Origin: Verrucomicrobiia bacterium
GTDB taxonomy: Bacteria > Patescibacteriota > Saccharimonadia > Saccharimonadales > JAGQNK01
Length of the DNA stretch: 64,000 nt
Direction: 5' to 3'
Assembly (NCBI GenBank): GCA_035489575.1
Contig: DATHJY010000013.1
Coordinates: 283,346-347,345 of the forward strand
Shown: piece by piece, positions 1-10,300 of the stretch
Layout: the number at the start of each line of letters is the position of its first letter
Position numbering within the stretch: the stretch's first letter is position 1
Notes under the pieces: model-generated
The model's input: the letters and a program-made list of their open reading frames with translations, nothing else
Told to the model about the DNA's origin: nothing
Databases searched by the model: none
Position numbers and translations under genes: made by a program

Positions 1-3000
1 GAATCCACCCAGATTGCGTTGGTACTGGCGCCCTGGATGTAAATGCCGTAATTACTAGTTGCACCCTTGGTCAGATCACCTATATGCAAACCGTATTGAT
101 TCGTAACCGTTCCAGCGCCAGCCACATTATCAACCTTGAAGCCGTAGCGATTTGACAGTATGGTGTTAGCGTTTACCGTACCAGAGCTTATTGCGCCATA
201 CACATTAGTTGCCGTGAGCGTTCCCGTACCAGATTTGCTGAGGGCAAATCCTGACTGGAGGCCCGTTATGCTTGCAATTGTAGAATTGAAGTTACCAGTG
301 CCATTAACTGCCGGAGTCGATGAAAAGCTTGCGTGTCCACCACTGTCGGTTAAGATAGCGGCTGTCGTATTTATATTGCGTGTACTCCAATCACGGAACA
401 GGAAGTCGGTTCCAAGTACCGATGCATCAACATTTATATTCATAGTCGAGCGAAAATCAAACGCGTAAAAACTACCAGGAGTACTCTTATTGATGGTACT
501 TTCAACCTTAATCGCAGATTCCGCGTAATTGGTTAAGTCACGGGTGCTGGCGATAAGCTCCATCGAACCTAGGCTATCTATAGTTGCAAGATCACTCCCC
601 CCTGAATCTGCGAGCCGCAACAGGGATTTTTTGTAAGTGAAGCTCGATCCACCACTCACATCAGGGTTAAAGTCAGCGGTCACTGTTAAGGATGTATTAC
701 TTGGTATGGTTAGAATCGTTCGAGCTTGGCCATTTGCAATGATAGTATCACCTATGGTGAGTTCGGTCGTGAAAGCGGTACCAGATCCCGTCACAGTAGT
801 TGTAGCACCCGTACTGGTTATCGTACCAGTACCAGTGAGAGCAGTGTTCCGAGCATGAACGATGGCGTCAGTAGTTGCAGTACCGATCCCAACCTGATTC
901 TTAGCAGTATTCACATATAGTGCATCAGTATCCACAGCCAAATTGCCCGCGAAAGTACTCGTGCCCGTTCCCTGCACCGTAAGGTTTCCGGTAAGAGTCG
1001 CGTTTCCACTTGTATCTAAGGTAAGTCGAGTGGTACCAGCAGTCTCGAAACTCAATGTCTGCCCAGCGCCATTCGTGCCAAGCACCGCATTGGCGCCAAA
1101 GTCGTTTCCACCCTGTACAAAGGCAGTAGCTGTTGTAGCAAATGTTGAATTACATGCAGCTAGTTGATTGGCGCTGTTGCGACACACTACACTGTTATTA
1201 TCAGCCAGACCAGGAGCATTAAGGAAGACGCGTCCCAGACTGTCGACCCCGAATAGATCCCCATTACCCACAGTCAGTGCGTAGGTAGGGGTAGCATCAC
1301 CGATTCCAAAATTGCCGTTACTATGGAACCGAGCCATCTCGCTACCATTCAAATCAAAGGCAATGCCACCAAGTGTTGATTCATTAAACGACTTTAGGGT
1401 AAGGAGCCTACTGGCAGCCAGCTGGCCACCATCAGTGCTACTGTTGTCAATATGGCCTACCTTGTAGTTACCGGCTATATTGACAAATGGCGCACTTGCC
1501 GCATCGTAATACAGGTTAATGGCACGGCTGCTGTTCCCATCTTTCACCCGTAGCCCAGCATCTATTCCATCGGCGTTTTGCACTAAGTGCAGCTTGGCAC
1601 CTGGTGCATTTGTACCTATACCTACTCTTCGGTTAGAGGTACCGATAAACAAAACACTTTCACTGCCTACAAAGTCGAGGTTATTAGGAGTAGTAACCTG
1701 ACTAGTGTGAATTGTTAAGGTATCGCCAGAAGCATCGCCAATAGTAGTATTACCCTGGATCGACATGTTTCCGGTTGCCGTGACCGCCCCTCCGTCGGCC
1801 ACCGTAAATACGTTCGTGCCATTGTCTTGCAAGTTAAGAATATTCCCCGTACTGGTTGCGTTATTTACGGTCAGTGCCACACCCGACGATCCACCAGTTA
1901 CGGTAGTCGAACCAGTACTACTAATAGCCAATCGAATATTGCCAGCTCCGCCCGTGACCAAGTTAAGCGCCTGAGCATCGGTCGTACCCAGTACAGCCGT
2001 GGCGCCAAAGGCATTACCGCCCTGAGTAAAGGCCGCACCGTTGCCAGTCGTATTACACACTGCCAACTGTTTCAAGCTATTGCGACACAGGTAAGTTACC
2101 GTATCAGTAGTCCCAAGTGTACCCACCTCCAGAGTGCCATCCAGCCTGGTGGCTCCGTCATCTACAAATAGCGCGTAGGTGTCAGCTCCTTGAATGTACA
2201 CGCCGTAGTCGTTGGTTGCGGCAGAGGTCATATTCTCTACGTATAAACCGTACTGATTAGTAATGCTTGTCCCCGAACCAACAATACTATTAGAGGCCAC
2301 TAGAGCTGCAGCCCTGTCTAATGTAAATGAGCCTGCACCCGTGGCAACCGAACCCACAACGCCAGCTAAGGACTTGTTAGTACCGCCCGCATTTACCGAT
2401 ATAGCACCACTGCGTATACCTGCACACTCGAAAGAGCTCGTGGTGGGGGTACAATTGTCCCCTGGCGCAAAGAGCTCTGCTACAATCAGTCCCTGCTGAG
2501 CACTAGGGGTAGCGAAATCTCCAATGGCAACGTGGCCATTGAAATCTCCATCACCAGCAACCTCGAGCATAACACCCGGGGTGACCGTTCCTATCCCCAC
2601 TCGTCCATTCACCGCGTCAACAAAAAGCGTATTTGCATCAAAGGCCACGTCCCCATCACCTTGTATTTCTATTCTGTTAACATTGTTTGTCTCAAGAAAG
2701 AAACTCGTGTTGTCGTTTGTTCCAACGACAATCGGGCCAGCCTGACCACCGTTTAGAATATCGCCGTCCCCATACCCACAGTTACCACTGTCCAAACATA
2801 CCTCCCCGGAAGCATCGGGCAGTGTAATCTGCGGACTATTCGCCAGGCTGCTAAACTTTAGTGTTCCCCTATTTGCTCCACTTGTCTGTGCAAGCTCACT
2901 AGCCTGGAAGGCATACGGAAGTGCCGTCAATCTGATACGCGGACTCATCTCACCATCCCAGGTAGGAGATCCCGCACCGCCGATATTCATAGTCAACCAG

Positions 3001-3419
3001 TGCTGCTCGTTCCACTTAATAGTAGACGGGAATCCAGTGACACTTCCCAGGTAAACACTCAAGTAGCCACTCTTGACCGTAACTTTGTTGCCACCCGTCC
3101 TGGTCTCTGTCCATAGACAGTTCGGATCGGGCGTACCGCTACCATAAGTACAAGCCCCTTGATCCTTGGGGCTGTTCGCATCAGTTGCGACATTATACAG
3201 TTTGAATTCAATGTTATAAGTTCCGTCTGGAACGATAGCCCCAGAGGAGCCCAGTAGTCGTGCTTGAAAGTTCAAAGTGGACGAGGGAGCGCCTTCAACA
3301 GAACCTTGGCGTTGCACCACGAATGGTACCGCCACGATGAGGGCGATTAGACCCAGTTTTAGGCTGTCCAGGAGTGCCGTCTTTAGACGCCCCTGTCCGT
3401 TTTTGTTTGATTTGAACAT
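1..3419 (-). CDS. Giant membrane-anchored repeat/fibre-like surface protein, N-terminal part only (at least 1139 codons). The ORF runs off the left edge, so it is absent from the ORF track.
   Basis: ATG at 3419 gives MFKSNKNGQGRLKTALLDSLKLGLIALIVAVPFVV, an N-terminal TM anchor. Hand translation in this frame stays open at ~3400-2800, ~2100 (VTYLCRNSLKQLAVCNTTG), ~1190 (NNSVVCRNSANQLAACN) and 100-3 (QYGLHIGDLTKGATSNYGIYIQGASTNAIWVDS). These stretches reproduce motifs of the 2034-aa paralogue at 4393-10497. Confidence 0.8.
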   Translation of the reverse strand, partial: MFKSNKNGQGRLKTALLDSLKLGLIALIVAVPFVVQRQGSVEGAPSSTLNFQARLLGSSGAIVPDGTYNIEFKLYNVATDANSPKDQGACTYGSGTPDPNCLWTETRTGGNKVTVKSGYLSVYLGSVTGFPSTIKWNEQHWLTMNIGGAGSPTWDGEMSPRIRLTALPYAFQASELAQTSGANRGTLKFSSLANSPQITLPDASGEVCLDSGNCGYGDGDILNGGQAGPIVVGTNDNTSFFLETNNVNRIEIQGDGDVAFDANTLFVDAVNGRVGIGTVTPGVMLEVAGDGDFNGHVAIGDFATPSAQQGLIVAELFAPGDNCTPTTSSFECAGIRSGAISVNAGGTNKSLAGVVGSVATGAGSFTLDRAAALVASNSIVGSGTSITNQYGLYVENMTSAATNDYGVYIQGADTYALFVDDGATRLDGTLEVGTLGTTDTVTYLCRNSLKQLAVCNTTGNGAAFTQGGNAFGATAVLGTTDAQALNLVTGGAGNIRLAISSTGSTTVTGGSSGVALTVNNATSTGNILNLQDNGTNVFTVADGGAVTATGNMSIQGNTTIGDASGDTLTIHTSQVTTPNNLDFVGSESVLFIGTSNRRVGIGTNAPGAKLHLVQNADGIDAGLRVKDGNSSRAINLYYDAASAPFVNIAGNYKVGHIDNSSTDGGQLAASRLLTLKSFNESTLGGIAFDLNGSEMARFHSNGNFGIGDATPTYALTVGNGDLFGVDSLGRVFLNAPGLADNNSVVCRNSANQLAACNSTFATTATAFVQGGNDFGANAVLGTNGAGQTLSFETAGTTRLTLDTSGNATLTGNLTVQGTGTSTFAGNLAVDTDALYVNTAKNQVGIGTATTDAIVHARNTALTGTGTITSTGATTTVTGSGTAFTTELTIGDTIIANGQARTILTIPSNTSLTVTADFNPDVSGGSSFTYKKSLLRLADSGGSDLATIDSLGSMELIASTRDLTNYAESAIKVESTINKSTPGSFYAFDFRSTMNINVDASVLGTDFLFRDWSTRNINTTAAILTDSGGHASFSSTPAVNGTGNFNSTIASITGLQSGFALSKSGTGTLTATNVYGAISSGTVNANTILSNRYGFKVDNVAGAGTVTNQYGLHIGDLTKGATSNYGIYIQGASTNAIWVD

Positions 3420-3774
3420 TTGTTTTTGGAGTTTTTTTTGTGTACCACAAACGGTTTGTATTTGTGGTTTGTATCCGGATCCTGTCGCGAGAAAGTTCCC
3501 CTTCCCAGGACCTAGTACAAGTATCCTCCTTTTTACCCCTGTTAGACAAGACGGTAATGAACAAAAAATAAACTCAGCTTTTAAAAAATGTAAGCAGCCT
3601 ATCTGCAACTTTTGTTCAAATAGAATGTTGTAAATAATGTCCCTAAGTCAGAACCAATGTCGTGTATCTGGCTCGCAACATCTTTGATAGCCCAGAATTA
3701 GCCATCTCAGGTGTTGTAAGAATAAATACAATTCTTATTTTGGCTAGTGATGTTGCCTGAGTTATCCACAAGCA

Positions 3775-4380
3775 CTATTGGAACTTGGCACTTGAAAAGA
3801 TGGGCTCAAAGTAATGCTGGCTTAAGCTGTCATAATCCTCTGCCCGTGCTTGAGCCTTCATGTAGGCAACCGTGTCGCCATTCTTGAAGAGTAGTAAAAG
3901 CTGTTGCTTTACTTTGATTTGGGTCGAAGTATATTCAAAAACAACTCGCGTAGCCTGGATTCCGTTAATGGTTGTATCTTGTTGGGAAATTTGATGATAT
4001 TCCGGATACTGCTTAGGAAGTTGCCTATTCACGTTGTCCATAACTGCGTCACGCAAAGACTGCTTAGTTACCGATGTAAGTTTCTTGAGCGAAGCTCCCT
4101 GCTCATACGAGGCACTAACCACAAACTCCTGCTGAGCTTGCAAGGGCTGCGTAAACTCCCACAGTTGTCCCGCCTTTTCGTCATCAGCGCTGTTAGGGAC
4201 TGAATTAAGTGCTGCATCTCGCCGTACGACAAGTCCCACTTTATTATCGACAACCATCTGGTAGGTCATACTTTTAACATCTTTCTTGTCTAACCATCTC
4301 CGAGACAGCAAGGAACCGACTCCGATTGCCATGATCAATGCGCCAATAACCGCTATGCTAAGTTTTACCTTATTCATCAC
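3775..4380 (-). CDS. Hypothetical N-terminally anchored protein (201 aa) between the two giant genes
   Basis: ORF track. The N-terminus MMNKVKLSIAVIGALIMAIGVGSLL is a single TM/signal anchor. It starts 12 nt after the stop of the giant gene, on the same strand. I recognise no family motif. Confidence 0.6.
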   Translation of the reverse strand: MMNKVKLSIAVIGALIMAIGVGSLLSRRWLDKKDVKSMTYQMVVDNKVGLVVRRDAALNSVPNSADDEKAGQLWEFTQPLQAQQEFVVSASYEQGASLKKLTSVTKQSLRDAVMDNVNRQLPKQYPEYHQISQQDTTINGIQATRVVFEYTSTQIKVKQQLLLLFKNGDTVAYMKAQARAEDYDSLSQHYFEPIFSSAKFQ

Positions 4381-4392
4381 TGTCTTATTGTA

Positions 4393-7300
4393 CTATGCGC
4401 ACCCGCCAACACCAGAGTTGTTAGAGCGTGACAACTCAACCCAGCGCAAAATAGCAGCGTCTACATACAGCATACTTAAAGTGTCATACTGGCTCGCAGC
4501 ACAAGCTCCCGCTAGCTCAGTTACCCCAGCAGTATCCGCAAAGTCCACAATATTGGCACTGACGTTCACTACATACACCGCCTGCCCACCCGCAACGGGG
4601 GCGGCCTCATCCATGGTAATGTCGCAGGTATCAGGATCGTTACAGGTAATTTCTACGTATGAGCTATTCGGGTTAAGTGTCAGTGCTGCTGGTGAAGCAT
4701 CACCAGTACTTGCAATAGTTCGCGTATCTACACCTAGGACCAGTCTTTCTTCGATAAATATACCGTTAACCGTAGCTCGCAGCTGTGACTGTCCACCAGC
4801 CGCCAGGCGCAAGTCATCGGCTCCGCCCCGATAGACACCAGTATCAGCATCACTCAGGAAGGACAGGGCTGGTGTGCCAGCAGCTCCGTTAGACAACACC
4901 AACTGATTGTTTGTGTTAAAACGAGCGATTTCTGAACCACCAATGTCAAATGAAATGCCACCGAGACTAGATTCATTGAAGGACTTCAGTGTCAGGAGCC
5001 TACCAGCGTTCAACTGACCGCTTTGTGCCAGAGATGTAATGTGACCCATCTGATAAGTCCCGACGACGTCTATAAATGCCAGGGCGCCAGGGTTATTGTA
5101 GTAGATGTTTACTGCCGAATTACCACCGCTGTCTTTGACTCTGAGCCCTTCATTTATGCCGTCTGCCTTTTGCACTATATGCAGCCTGGCGCCAGGGCTA
5201 GTTGTACCGATTCCTATTTTTCGATCACAGGGGCTACCATTGGTAGTACAGAGGAACAAAAGGCTCTCACTTCGACCAAAGTCTAGATCATTGGGTATGC
5301 TGACCGTGGTGCCATTGATGGTAAGCGTATCAGTGTTAGCGTTGCCAATAGTAGAGTTGCCGTTTACCTGCAAGGTGCCTGTGAGTGTTGTATTCCCCGT
5401 TACGGCTAAGTTGCCCGTTGTGCCGGCATCCGTGACCGTCAGGAGATCATTGCCCGAGGTATCCTCAAACGTCCAAACAGTTGCAGACGATGAGAACTGG
5501 CGAATACCGTTTCCTAAGATAAAGTTAGAGTCAACATTGATAGCATTGAAGAAGTCAGAGTCAGATACATCAATCGCATCAGTAGTAGTATCCGTAGAGG
5601 CAGTTGTAAGGAGTAAGTAATCAGTAACTGAGTTGGCGGTGGTCTCGGCATTATCTATCACGAGCAACGCTTCAGTAGTGGCATTAGCCGCATCGTTGGC
5701 ATTAGACACTACAATTCCCCGCTGTGTGCCCGAGCTCGTTTGGTTCGTTATAGTCAGGTTGAAAACATCAGCCGCGTTAGTGCCCGTTAGGGTGCTGCTG
5801 ACCGCCAGATCCTCTGTGTTGGAGAGTGTCCAGGTATGATCAGCTGTCCAGCCAAAAGAGAAGTCTTGGTTAACACGAACCGCGTCACTGTTTAGTTCTA
5901 GTCCATTACCGGTATTGACGTCTAGCGCATTACTGTTTGCGACCAGCCCGTTACCGGCCAAGGCGCTCTCGACTATATCGAAAGTTATCGTATCAGTACC
6001 AGAGTTACCGGTAACGGTTAAGTTAGTACCGGTAACCGCCAGAGTTAACGTGTCCGTGCCACTTGCGGCCTGAGGGTTGGTGCCAGCCGGTACGCTAATA
6101 GTCTGGAACGAGTTAGTGCCACTACCAGCACAGTTAGCCAGTGTTAGTAAGCAGAACGTATCACTGGCGCTAACAGTCGTAGGAATAGCCAGGGCCGTAT
6201 TAGTAGCCAAGGCGCTGCCAACCGATATAGTAGCCGTTTGTCCGTCACCGTCATGGAGTGTCAGGGTACCCTGCTGAATCGCAGACCCAATAGTAGTAGC
6301 TCCCGTAGCTCCCGCGATAGTAAAGTTGGTACCAATTATATCGTTAGCGCCAAATAAGAGTGCGTTCGTTATATCTATATCAGAGACATCGATAGCGTTA
6401 GTGATTCCACCAGCGGCCGATGTAACGATTATGGCACCACTGACGGCGGTATCAGAGTCGGCATTATCTAGGACAAGCAGACCATCTGTGACGCCACTAC
6501 CTGCCGCATTTTGCAGGAGCGCAAGGTTCTGGGTGCCGCTACTTGTGTTGTTAGTAACGGCCATGTTCAGCACGCTTACACTCGTTGTGCCAGTTATTGT
6601 GCTGCCCACGCTCCAATTCTCGCTATCAGTCAGCACAACATCGACGTCGCTATTAAAGCTCGACTGAGCGTTAAAGACGGCCGCATCCTGCACAACGAAT
6701 TCATCAGCGCCATCAATAATCACGTCACCCCCAGCAGCCGATGCGATTGTGACGCCTCCGGTACCCGTTATGTTGCCAATGTTAGTGAGGTTACCGGAGT
6801 TGTCTACGCGAGTGGTTGAGTTGGTCTGCAACACCCCTCCCGTTGTATTGATCGTGCCCGAGGCGGTTAGGGTCGTTACCCCAGAGATTGCGCCACCGGC
6901 ATTGATACCAACAGCTGTTACCGCACCGCTGCTACTCACCTGGAAAGCGTCAGCGGTACCCACAAACAGTGTGCCAGCAAGGTCAGTATTGCCAGATACA
7001 TTCAAGGCAGCTCCTACGGCTACAGTTGTGCCATTATCCGTAACGCTTGAGTTACCAACCGTACCGGTGCCCGTAAATTTGGTAAGGGTATTGTTGGTAC
7101 CAGTACCAGTGATTCCGCCGCCAGAACCTGCACAGTTTCCGGTATTTAGACAAATGTCTGCGTTGCCCCCAACGTCAGGCAGGGTATATATCCGGTTACC
7201 AGCGAATGCACCGGTGGTGATTGTCGCAGTGTTGCTCGAACCGTCGTTCAGAATGAGCGATCCTACCTGAGAAGTAGTACCCACCGTTGCATCACCACCC

Positions 7301-10300
7301 TGGATGGTGATGTCACCCGTAGTACTCACATTTGTACCATCGTCTGTGAGGGTTGAGTCTCCGATTGTGCTGCCGGTTGATGTAAATTTAGCTACTCTAT
7401 TATTTGTGCCCGAGCCCGTTACACCGCCGCCAGAACCTGCACAATTACCAAGTGTTACCAGACAGAACGTATCTGTTGCAGCAGAACTATTTGGTATTGT
7501 GTACGTGCGATCTGCTGTAGGATCTGCAACGGCTAGGGTGAACTCAAAGGCGTCATCAGTGCTTCCCTCAAACTCAAGGTTACCGTCGAATCGAGATATA
7601 CCGCTGTCTACCCATAGAGCGTACGTATCAGCACCCTGTATCCAAACACCATAATCATTCGTTCCCTTTGTTTGGTTCTCTACCAAGACACCAACGTTTT
7701 CGCCCACAGCCGAGCCACCGCCAAGAACGCCCGCACCGGCAACTACTGCAACCGCTCGATCCAGAGTAAAGCCGGCTGCGGCCGTTGATACTGATGCAAA
7801 CATCCCTGCCACACCGTCGTTTAGCCCAGTAGGGTTGTTCGCGGTAACGAGGATAAGGGAGCCGTAACATCCAAACCCGCCACAGACATACCCGCTATCA
7901 AAAGTTTCATTAATACCAACAACGGCGTTAGGACCGGCAGTACCCGTGCCTACACCCAGATGTCCAGTGATATTAGTGTTGTCCTGGAGCGCAATCGTAC
8001 TACCAGCGTTCAGAATAATCTGGTCTGCACTCGTAAGTGTAATGTCGTTCCCTGCTCCAGTACTAGTTATAGATGCAGTCGAACCCTGGAGTAAGGCAGT
8101 CTGACCTGTAGCGCCAAGTGTCATAACTCCGCCAGGGGTAACAGTGAGCGCGCCTGTACTCGTAAGAAGAGGCGTGGTAACACTTGTGCTGAAAATAGGA
8201 TTATCAACTGTCGCAATCGTGAAGTTTCCGCCAGCGCCGCCATCCGCCAAGGAAATATTAGTACCAGCGATTACGGCACGCTCATTGGTCAGAGTGGGAT
8301 CCAGCGTCGTTACGAGATATGTAGCAGCATTTGGCGCACTTCCGCCAGCGCCAACACAGTTGCCTGTATTCAAGCACACCGTTCCTGTCTGGTTGGGGAA
8401 CAAAATAGTCCTGTCGGCAGTAGGATCTACCACCCCAATGGTCGTTCCAAAAGTATCATTTGTCGCTCCCTCTATCTCAAGTGGAGTACCACCCTCCAAC
8501 CAAACACCATTGTCAAACCGTGATAACCCACCGTCGATCCATATCCCATAGGTGCTTGCTGACTGCACATATATCCCAATGTTGGAACCAGCATTGTTCA
8601 GCGTATCTACATAGACGCCGTAAGAAACGCCTATAGAACCGCCTGCCTCGATGTTAGGCGTCTCTACAAAGAGACCTGTAGCGGCCGTAAGCGAACGACC
8701 CGCATCTACATTCACCGCGCCACGATAGGCGCTTAGCATACTTGGGTTAGTCGCACTACCCATTTCCGCCACTGACATTACACCAGCACAACCGTTGAGA
8801 CAGTCTATACCACTATTAAAGGTATTGGTTACCAAAAGAGTCTTGGACGGATCAGCCGTGGCGTTAGATGCATACTCGGTTGTGCCGTTACCAATAGCTG
8901 CACGAGTATCAATATCTATGCTATTACTGGAATGCATGTAGCCTGTCAGATCCAGCGCATCAAACTGTACATCAGAGGTTGTGGCGATATCCTGGGGCGT
9001 TGAAAGTGTAATAAGGCCCGCACCACTCACAACATTAATCTGGTTAGCTGTTCCCTGAACAGTTATAGCTCCTGCCATAGCATTGAGGGTCGTCACCCCT
9101 CCACCACCAGGACATGCCTGCCAACTGGGGGCACCGACGTTGCTGATCAGACACAGGCCAGCACCACCCGAGACGACAGAGGTGATTGCGCTCGCGCCAT
9201 TGCCAACCAGCACACCATTAGCAGTCAGTGAAGCCGCTCCGGTACCTCCGTTAGTAACAGTTAGTGTACCGGTAACCTCTGTGGCCAAGTTAACCAATCC
9301 AACGCTCAGTAAGCCGCCCGTTGAACGAACCACGCCGCTGCCAAGTCCAGAGACTGTCAAGGTGCCGCCAATTGTGGTGTCGCCACTTGGGGCTACAACA
9401 AGTCTGTCAACACCGCCAGACTGGAGTTGTATCAAGCTTCCACCACCAGTGTCATTGATAAATATAGAGGCATCTGCCGTACTGTCAGTCTGCGCTACGC
9501 CAGGCGCCAAGATGACAGGGGTCGCTCCTCCACCACCACAGTTTCCTTGGGTAGTACAAACTGTTTGGGTTGCCCCACCACCGCCAGGAAGTACAAATGT
9601 CCTGCCACCGTCTACAAGCACCACGTTGTCACCAGCAGCATCAATAGTGATGTCATTGCCAGCACCAGTTTGCCTAATAAAGTTACCCTTAATCTCTCCT
9701 GTGGCGTTGACAGTTAGGCTATTGAACTGCACATTGGCGTTGGCGTCTAGATCCTGAGGGGTAGTTATAGTTATATCACCGCCAGAGGTAGTGACTGCAA
9801 TTCGATTTAGAGAACCCTGTATAGTAATCGCTCCTGTTTGGTCGTTCAGGTTGGTGACGCCTGCGCCCGGAATGACAAGTTGGTTGACCTGAGTCTGAAG
9901 TTGCGTAAACTGAGCCTGACTTGCGCTGCTACAGTTATTCGAATCTAAACAAATCGTGCCTGATGCATTCGGCATAGTAATTATTTGGTTTGCAGTAAGC
10001 TCAGTGCTCCTAAGCGTAGTAAAGAAATTGCCGGACCTAACCTTTATCACACCTCTGGTAATTATATCGCCGTTGACCAAAAGCGACGCTTCTGCCCCCT
10101 GAAGCTCCGAAGGGCTCAACCCGTTGACGGCATCAAACGAAACATCTTGGGTAGGCACCGACGACAAGGCATCGCGCTTTTCTGGACCTCTCCTAAACAC
10201 CATGAATGCAACCGCCACAGTCGCTAATACCACTAGCGCAGTTATGACGAGAGACACCAGTGTGGCCCGGCGACGCGAAAATGGCACTGATCGATTGGTA

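Noticed and set aside
3420-3650. A possible upstream extension of the left giant gene. The frame stays open to 3647, there is an in-frame TTG at 3608, and a strong AAAGGAGG lies at ~3523-3530.
   Set aside because: The extension would encode LQIGCLHFLKAEFIFCSLPSC..., which does not look like protein. The SD-like element is followed only by a 2-codon mini-ORF (TTG TAC TAG). The ATG at 3419 yields a classic basic-then-hydrophobic signal anchor like that of the paralogue.
3762-3770. A perfect DnaA box, TTATCCACA, at 3762-3770. There is also an 8/9 match, TTATCCACT, at 44373-44381 upstream of gyrB, so I considered a possible oriC.
   Set aside because: These are single, isolated boxes. About 0.5 perfect 9-mers are expected by chance in 64 kb when both strands are counted. 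There is no cluster of boxes, no adjacent AT-rich unwinding element, and no dnaA or dnaN gene in the window.
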